Of a stretch of DNA of 64,000 nucleotides, positions 55,374 through 64,000 are shown piece by piece (position 1 is the first letter of the stretch; the number at the start of each line of letters is the position of its first letter). The translations under genes were made by a program, and so were the position numbers. The stretch is from Chrysomallon squamiferum (lineage: Eukaryota; Animalia; Mollusca). The DNA lies in assembly GCA_012295275.1 (NCBI GenBank), contig CM022674.1, forward strand, positions 6,696,001-6,760,000, written 5' to 3'. The notes under the pieces were generated by a model that searched no databases, had not been told where the DNA came from, and worked only from the letters and a program-made list of their open reading frames with translations.

Positions 55374-56714
55374 ATTCAAATCTGTTTTCTAGCAGATTTA
55401 TCTATTTGTTTATTTGTTTGTTTGTTTGTTTGTTTGTTTATTTATTTGTTTAGTGATTGAAAACAAGATCAATGTGTGTTAATATAAGGTAGTATATATT
55501 ACACGTTCAACTTCGTAAAATTTTGAGGGATTCGTAAACAGAGTTGTTTCCCTTGAATCGGTAATAGCAGAATATTGTTTGTAAAGCGTGTTTGTACTGT
55601 TGTAACTAGTCTGTGACTGATGTATTATCGGCATCGTCTTTCTCTAAGATTCCTTTCTTTTTTCTTTCCCCATACTGTAATAGCATTCTTCACTAAATGA
55701 CAACAAAAATACTAATAATTTATAATCAGGTATCCATAGAAACAGTCGTTGGTCTCACAGTAAACAATCTAACAACAGAAAGTTTTCAGATCTGAAAACG
55801 TGTTTTTTTTTATCTCATCATCATCATCATAGTCATCATTATAATCTTTCAAAATCATCATTATCGTTATTATTATGAAAATAGTTTTATAAAATTATTT
55901 TATCAATTATTTCCAAACTCAGTCAGTACACAGACATCATAACACACGATCTCTGTAAATTTAATGTGGCGTAACAGCAACTGGGAAAACAGTAGTTCTG
56001 CACCAGTAAATGTTTTAGGTGATCAAAAATGTGTCATATTTAAATAAATATTTAATTGTTATTTATTTACACTGTATCCAATAAACCTATTATCAAATTT
56101 CAATAGTTAGGTTTATTTATTATTATATTATTGTCGTTGTTATTTATTTATTTATTTTTTATTTTTATTTATTTTATTTTTTTCTCTTTACATATAGAGA
56201 GAAAAAATATATAAAAATAAAAAATTATATATATATATTGATTGTTTGGGAGGGATTTTTTCTGGTTTTTTGGGGGTTTTTTTGTTGTTTGTTTGTTTGT
56301 TTGTTTGTTTTTGGTTTTAAATATTTGATAAATGGGAAGGTGGAGGAAATCCTGTCTGTCATAGTAACGTTATAACAGAAGGCTCCATAGCAACAGGTAC
56401 GGTTGGTTTGACAAAACTGATCGTTATTTCTGTTTTTTAACATTATCACTGCATGCTTCCAGTGTCTCGCATAACCTGAGTAAATTAATTAAACTATGCA
56501 ACTTCCTCTACGTTAAAACCTCTAATGACGCAAATTCCATTCACCGTTTCATTTAATATTTCACCCGTAACGTAATTAGCGAAGCGTTTTTGAAATCCAC
56601 ATTTAAACTGATGTAATTATGATACTGACTTTTTATTGACATCTTGATATCAAAGTTAGTGTAAGGGTAAATATTCTGTTCTATTATTTCCTGATATCTT
56701 GTTGGCAGGATCAA

Positions 56715-56890
56715 AATACAGAAAATACACAGTTATAGAAACTTACATAAAATACACAGTGCTTTAGAGATGTTTTATATATCTAGAAATTTACATAAAG
56801 TACACAGAGATTCAGTGATCTTTTACAAATCTAGAAACTTACCTAAAAAAGACGTTTTAAGTAAAGTACGCAGTGACACAGTGATATTTA
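56715..56890. repeat. Degenerate tandem repeat, about 47-bp unit (TAGAAACTTACATAAA..TACACAG..)
   Basis: TAGAAAnTTACnTAAA recurs at about 56736, 56784 and 56832. Confidence 0.7.
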
Positions 56891-57333
56891 CAATACGTTG
56901 TTTCATATATTACCCCTACTGAATTTTTAATTTGAAATTTGAAATTTTATTTATTATTATTATTATTATTTCATACTTCTTTGTTATTTCGAGGATGACG
57001 TTTTTAAATAACAAATGTGAAAACAGATCATAGACTGATACACACAGTTTGAGTTACATGAAGCGTAACGTAAGTTCAGATCTCAGTTTCAATACATTCT
57101 GTTTATTCGTATTCCCATAAGCAGCAAACAGACACGGGGCGAAAACACAAGTTTTGTTATTATTCTTATTTATATAATTATTTTTATTTTTATTATTTAT
57201 TAATGATGCTTCTCTTTTTGTTTTGTTTTCATCAATGTTTTTATTAGTATTATTTTATTTCTCTTTTTGTTTTGTTTTTTAATTATTATTAAGTTATTTA
57301 TTTTTTATTCATTTGACTATTTATTTATTTATT

Positions 57334-57386
<53 letters not shown>

Positions 57387-57700
57387 TTTTTTATAGTTCT
57401 GTAAATTATATAGCATTATATTCAACTTATAGGAACAGAAATGAAATAACAACTACAACTACTACTACAATTATTATCATTATCATCATTCTTTATTTAA
57501 TTATTTTATGTACTTATTTATTATTATTATTTTATTTTATTTATTAATCCGATTTTTCAAACACTTTTAAAATTATACGACACCAACTTTATAACAAAAA
57601 TCTTTTCAATGGTCACTAAACAACGTCCATTATTCCATTATTAATTTATTTTGTTCATTAATGTATATGTATTCAGTCTATTCAGTATTTTACTATAGAC

Positions 57701-57736
<36 letters not shown>

Positions 57737-59079
57737 TTATCATCAAGTGTTTCGTACATTTATTTCCCTCAATAGTAAATAATACGTATTTCTTTCTAAC
57801 GTCTAATATTTATCTATTCTTTTAAACTTTTTTTTTTTTTTTTTTTTCATTTACAGCTTGTGTAGGTCAACAATCAATTTATGCAGATCGCAAAAGATTC
57901 GAAATTCAAAAATAAATAAAAAAATAAATAAATAATAATGAAAAATAAGTTTGATTTGTATAAAGTTGAAATTGGATAATTAGATTTCTCCGACAGAGAA
58001 AATGTAAATTATTAAAAACCTGGTTCTTTTTTGTTTTTTTTGTTTTTCTTCTTCTTCGCGTAACTTTTGACAACATAATTAGTTTTTCTTTCTACAACAG
58101 TTTGTTACGCATCAGTTTAAAAATTAATTTTGATGTATTACTCTTTTGTGAAGAAAGCATAGTATGGTACCTTAGTTTCGATCGACGAGGCGTAACGAAA
58201 AGGGAAAGCGGTACTTATGTAAGGTCATGTTTCCTGTTACCACGACTACCTTATGTCGTGAAAATATTTATCGTTTCTTTGTTTATCTTTATTCCAAACA
58301 TGCAGAAACGCGATTGATCCAAAACATACATTTTGATCAATTTGTTGTGTGAGGTAAAATCAATTTTGAAAAAAAAGAAAGAGAGAGAAAGATGAGAAAA
58401 AAAAAAAAAAAGAGTATGAGAAAAAAAAAAAACATAGAAAGTGAAATCTATATCGTTTATGTATTACATTTTATAAACACAATGAAATTTTTCAGTCTTA
58501 AAAAGGAATTATGTTAATATTTTCAAAAAAGAAAAACATCTCTTATCGTTGTTACATTTTTAAACATAATGCTAATTTTTCTATTTACGTGAAATTATAG
58601 ATATAACCATCTGTGTTTATGCATACGCTAACATATTTATTTTCACACATATATTTTTTTTTTTTTTTACATGATATAAAATATTACATCAATAAAAAGC
58701 TATTGAAAATATCTGACAGTTACATAAATACAGACAGATTAACAGAAACAAGAAGGGTAAATAAACAAACAGACATAAAGAACTCGACTTTAAAAGCACT
58801 TAAATCCATTTTTTCCAAATCTGAGTTCGATGCATTGACCGATAATGCTTAACAATAACTTTATGATGACAAACCTAGTTGATTTAGAAAATCACTTACA
58901 GCCATTAATGACGCATTTGAGAATTTTTATTTATATAGGAAAATAGTTTTCTGTTATTATATTTTTCTTTTCCTTTCTTTCTTTCTTTCTTTATTATTGT
59001 TAGTGTTATTGTTGTTATTATTATGATTATGATTATTATTATTAATATTATTATTATTATTATTATGATTATTATGATG

Positions 59080-59135
<56 letters not shown>

Positions 59136-59667
59136 GATAAACGGTCAGGAAATCATTTTACTAATAAGATCTTCCTATTTGCTTATTACTTCACATTCCG
59201 TCTGTCTGTTTATCCCTTCATGTGTCTACCTGTCTGTCTTTATGTAACTATTAGACATTTTCAGTATCTGTTTAACGAATCTGTTTTTTTACGTCACAGA
59301 GAAAGCAAAATTGTTGAAGCAATATTTGTATATCAAGAAAAAAAAAAAAATAATAATAAAAAAATAAAGTATTTTAGCTAACGTTGACGAAAATTCAAAT
59401 ATTAACGGAAACACAAGTGTTGATGAAAATGTGAGTACTGTTATAAAATGGAAATACTGATAAAAGCTTAAATGTTTTTAAGTTGCTGAAAGTGTGAAGA
59501 AAACTCAAGTTCGTTTATTGTTAAAAATTGATGATAAAATGGGTGTATAATTTAGAAAAAAAACAAATACTGACAAACAGTCGAATATTTATTTAAAACG
59601 TTGTTTGTTTTTGTTTTCCTTCAAAAAGAAAATAAAAACAAAATAAAAATAAAATAAATTATAAAAT

Positions 59668-59702
<35 letters not shown>

Positions 59703-60183
59703 TATAGATATATCATGTGCCACGATTCGAACTCGTTAACCTCTACCTCACGAAAAAAAAAAAAAATTTAATTTGAAATCGCCTCCCTTTTTCTCAACAC
59801 GTTCCACCACCGAGATTCGAACTCCTTACCCCCCCCCAAAAAAACCCAGTTACAATAAAAAGAAAAACTCATTCATCCGATCTCAAAACTTCACATATCG
59901 CCGATAACGCACTTTCGAGACTCGAACGCACAACCTACGAGCTAAAAAAAAATATAATTTCCACACTTATTCACCCGTCTCAGAGTTTTCTGTTACAACC
60001 TCTGACAACATTGTAAAATTGACTTTTCCGTTGTCACGCATAAGATATAAATTTATAATCATCAGTAGCTGGTTACTATCATCAAAGGTATCCGTGCATG
60101 ACGACTCGAGCCAATAGGTTTTATCCTTTCGGTTAATTATTGAGCTGCCTGCAGTCGTCTGCTTGAGCGAGGTGCATTCGAGG

Positions 60184-60321
60184 ATGGATACAAACAGACG
60201 AAAAAGTGTAGCGAAAATTGCGTTTGATAAGTGGAGAAGAAAAATTGAAGCTCACCGCAAAAATAAAGTTTCCGATAGGAACGAAAACAAACTGATGTCG
60301 ACGGAGCCTATGGAAACGAAA
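60184..60321 (+). CDS. Candidate alternative first coding exon (46 aa, MDTNRRKSVAKIAFDKWRRKIEAHRKNKVSDRNENKLMSTEPMETK)
   Basis: AGG-ATG-G start; strong donor AAA|GTGAGT in phase 0; CpG-rich upstream region with CCAAT at 60111; protein-like composition. Confidence 0.65.
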
Positions 60322-60721
60322 GTGAGTAGATTTTACAGAAATATGTTATGATATTGTTATTGTTATTATTATTAATATTTTATGATATAATTAGAATCTG
60401 ATATAAATAATGAAATTATATTTTGCGGTTTGACCTCTCAAAGCGTTGGTGTCATATTGTAATATCATAAAAAATATATATTTTTGTGTCTGACATTTTA
60501 TATCATGAAGTATTTCATAAATAAATACAGTCCATTTTGATATTAATGGCAAAATGTTTTGTGTAATTGGATGTATCATGAAAAATATATAAATTGAAAA
60601 CGTATACTCCATAAGTATAATATGTAGTGAGATTGAAAAAATAAAACAAAACAAAAAAACACGACACAACACCACGCATACAAAAACAAAAATAGGAAAC
60701 AAAAATCTTGTTTTACATACA

Positions 60722-60775
<54 letters not shown>

Positions 60776-62382
60776 CATACATACATACCATATCTATGAG
60801 TGTGTATGTGTGTGTATATATATATATACATACATACACAAACATACACACTTATAAACATATATACACATACATATACATATATAAAAAATATTTTGTG
60901 TAATTTAATATATATTCCAGATTTCAATAATACGTTGAAATATTTCTTTACTCTGTAATTGAAACAACATCCTACAAAAATGTGCGTCGTGAGAAAAGCT
61001 TTATTGATAATTATAAAATAATATGTCGTATGTCTTTTATATTTTAAAAATGTTAATAAATTTGATAAATATTTTCAGACTTCATTTTTCACAATAGAAA
61101 ACACAATATCGTTGCATGATATATAGAAAAATGAAATATAAACGTAGAACTTAATTTATATTGAAACAAATTTATATGCAGCATATATTTCTCAAGTTAT
61201 GATTAACAAAAATATTTCATTTCTTAATCTGCCTGATTCAAGTCTGTTTTTAACATGTCTGTCTGTCTGTCTTTCTTTCTGTTCTGTTTTTAATGTTTCT
61301 GTGTGTCTGTCTAACCATTAGTCTGGGTATATCTATCTATGAATGTATGTATGTTTCAGTCAGTCGTCTATCTGTCTGTCTGTCTGTCTGTTCTATCTGT
61401 CTGTTCATTAATATATCTATATGTCTGTCTCTCTATCTATATGTTTTTTTTTCTCTGTCTGTGTGTTTGTAATCTCTGTGTTTGGATATCGCTGAATTTA
61501 TCATTTTGATTTAAAATTAGTTTGCTTCATTAGTATTAGCTTATTTATAAATTCTGTATAAACATCTACGTACAAAACACACGCACACACACACACACAC
61601 ACACGCGCGCACACACACGCACACACATATATATTGTTTGTAAACACCCTCAGGCTGTTTCACTTCAAACGACACCTTATCAGTTTTGAATCTGCGGGTC
61701 TCCTAGATACCAGTTACCTCTCATTCACAATTTATAGTCGCCACGAAAGTAGTATCTGCAGTCACGTGACCGTATCCATTTACATCCGCGTTGTTGCTGC
61801 TAATTAATTATTCATTTTTATTTATTTTTCACAATAAATCAGTAAACGGACGATTTTATTTATTTTTATTTTTTTTTTTCTTACAATATGCGAGTAACTG
61901 AATTCTTTATTCTAAAAATGATTTATATCTGAATATTCGTTAGAGAAAAATTAAAGTAATTATTATGTTTATACCAAGACAAATTTAACATGCTCTCGAA
62001 CAGCATCAATAACACCAGCAACAGCAGCAGCAGCAGCAACAACAAGAACAACAAAACCACTACTATTACTATTACTATCGGAACAATAATAAATGAATAG
62101 TTTGATAATGATGATGATAATATTAACAGCAGCAGTCGTAGTGGTAGTATGTAGCAGTAGTAGTCGTCGCTGTTGTTGCTGTAGTAGCTGTAGTAGTAGT
62201 AGTGATAGTAGTTGTAGTAATAGACAGATAGATAAACACATAGACAGATGGACAGATGGAAAGACAGACGGAGGTAAAGTTATATAATTTTTAATACTAA
62301 CAAATTTAAATCATAATAAAAGAAAGGAGACTAAAATAAAAGAGAATCGTTTTGCTATATTATACAATCATAGCAACAATAG

Positions 62383-62465
<83 letters not shown>

Positions 62466-62525
62466 TATATATACACAGTTAAATATATTTTAAATACTCA
62501 GTAGAATAATGTGATTATTAGATAA

Positions 62526-62573
<48 letters not shown>

Positions 62574-63241
62574 TATAATAATAAATGGGACCAATAAATT
62601 CCGAAAATCATTAAAATAATGAAAATATTAGAATTAAAATAAAATAATAATAAATAAATAAATAAATAAATAAATTATTGGAAAAATCAATTCAGTTAAT
62701 CAATAAAATAATATTAAAATTAAACGTACAATCAAATAATGGTGGTATATTAAAAATCAAATTAAACATGGCGGAACAATTCATTCATATCGCTATCGAT
62801 CGGAGGAGACCAGCGAATGGGAAATGTAAAGATTAGAATTTTTGTAATAAAAAGACATATTCAGAAATCGTCTGCTTTGTTTCTGTCTGCCGGTCTATCG
62901 GCATTCATAACTGGCTGCTAGATCAATTATGACGTCGATAAATTTTGCGCTGACAATTCGATGACAACTTTGTAGTTACCGCGAGACAGCAGACGACACT
63001 TCATTGTTTGTTTCAGACCTGGGGGGAGAGGACACGGAATGACTTTTAGCGGACATGTTCGAAAGATGTGCGTTGTCAGATAATTTCTAGAAAGTTGCAG
63101 ATATTTGTAGTAGTTTTCAAAAAAAAAAAAAAAAAGACTTGAAAAACCTGTTGGAAGTGATTGTTTTAAAAATAAAAAAAAAAAAAAAAAAGTTGATTTT
63201 TTTTTTGTTGTAATCTGCAAAGTGCTTCTTACTGAAGAACA

Positions 63242-63298
63242 ATGAAGAAAAATATGATGAATGCTAACAGATCGGATTACTATGACAACGGTTTGAAG
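63242..63298 (+). CDS. Weaker candidate alternative first exon (19 aa, MKKNMMNANRSDYYDNGLK)
   Basis: ATG to donor AAG|GTCAGT in phase 0, downstream of a CpG-rich promoter-like stretch at 62765-63080. Confidence 0.35.
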
Positions 63299-63702
63299 GT
63301 CAGTCGAAAATCAGAAATGAAGTTATACAAATTTTGATTATATCAGATAAAAGTTTATAAATAAAAATTCTTAATTTTAAAGCAAGCATCTAGGCATTTA
63401 TTTACTTGTAGAAACGAGACATTATTTTGTTCACGCATAATCGTGCGTATGTGTGTTCGTTGAAATCACTTTATTATTAAAAAAATCAAAAAATCTTACA
63501 ATATAAGTAATATATTTATGAACTATTAGTTAGTTAAGCATATTCTAATATTCGTATTCATATAGATGTAGTTTATTTACCTATTTTAATATTAAAATTG
63601 TTTGTTTCATCAGTGATACCATAAATAAAATGTAAAAGATTTAATAATCCCAGAATAGTAATAACAACAACAACAATAATAATAGTAGTAGCAGTAGTAG
63701 TG

Positions 63703-63760
<58 letters not shown>

Positions 63761-64000
63761 ATTAAATAATTCTAAAAATATTTACTTACCTATGATAATG
63801 TTCTCAAATTTGTCATCGTGATATCCTTGTGAACTGTTATGACATAATAACAATGGTATCCCAAGATGACGTCATAACAACTGTATCTAAGAAATGATGT
63901 TGTAACAATGTTATTTCTATTTATAAATATATGAGGTAAAGTTCTCTTTCTATTTTTAACTTTCTGTCTAACTATCTATCTGCCTTATTATCCATCTATT

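Overview
AT-rich, microsatellite-dense animal genomic DNA with GT-AG introns; the style suggests a mollusc, possibly an octopod, but that is inference. Most long entries in the ORF track are microsatellite artefacts. Splicing exons by hand gives: the 5' end of OPA1 (-), complete GTF2H2/p44 (+, 14 exons, 401 aa), complete USP48 (-, 28 coding exons, 1059 aa), a TK2/dNK-type deoxynucleoside kinase (+), and the 5' end of an unidentified gene (+) with a 540-codon disordered exon and two further candidate phase-0 first exons. The genes form two head-to-head pairs. The best novel candidates are: (1) a spliced antisense 125-aa gene nested in GTF2H2 intron 7; (2) three duplications or amplifications of 5' splice sites in USP48, including a 17-copy 27-bp array of donor sites; (3) a fold-back covering a GTF2H2 3' splice region; (4) a Tigger4/MER46-like MITE and a 1.86-kb TIR element with an 8-bp TSD. 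All coordinates were read by eye and no database searches were run.
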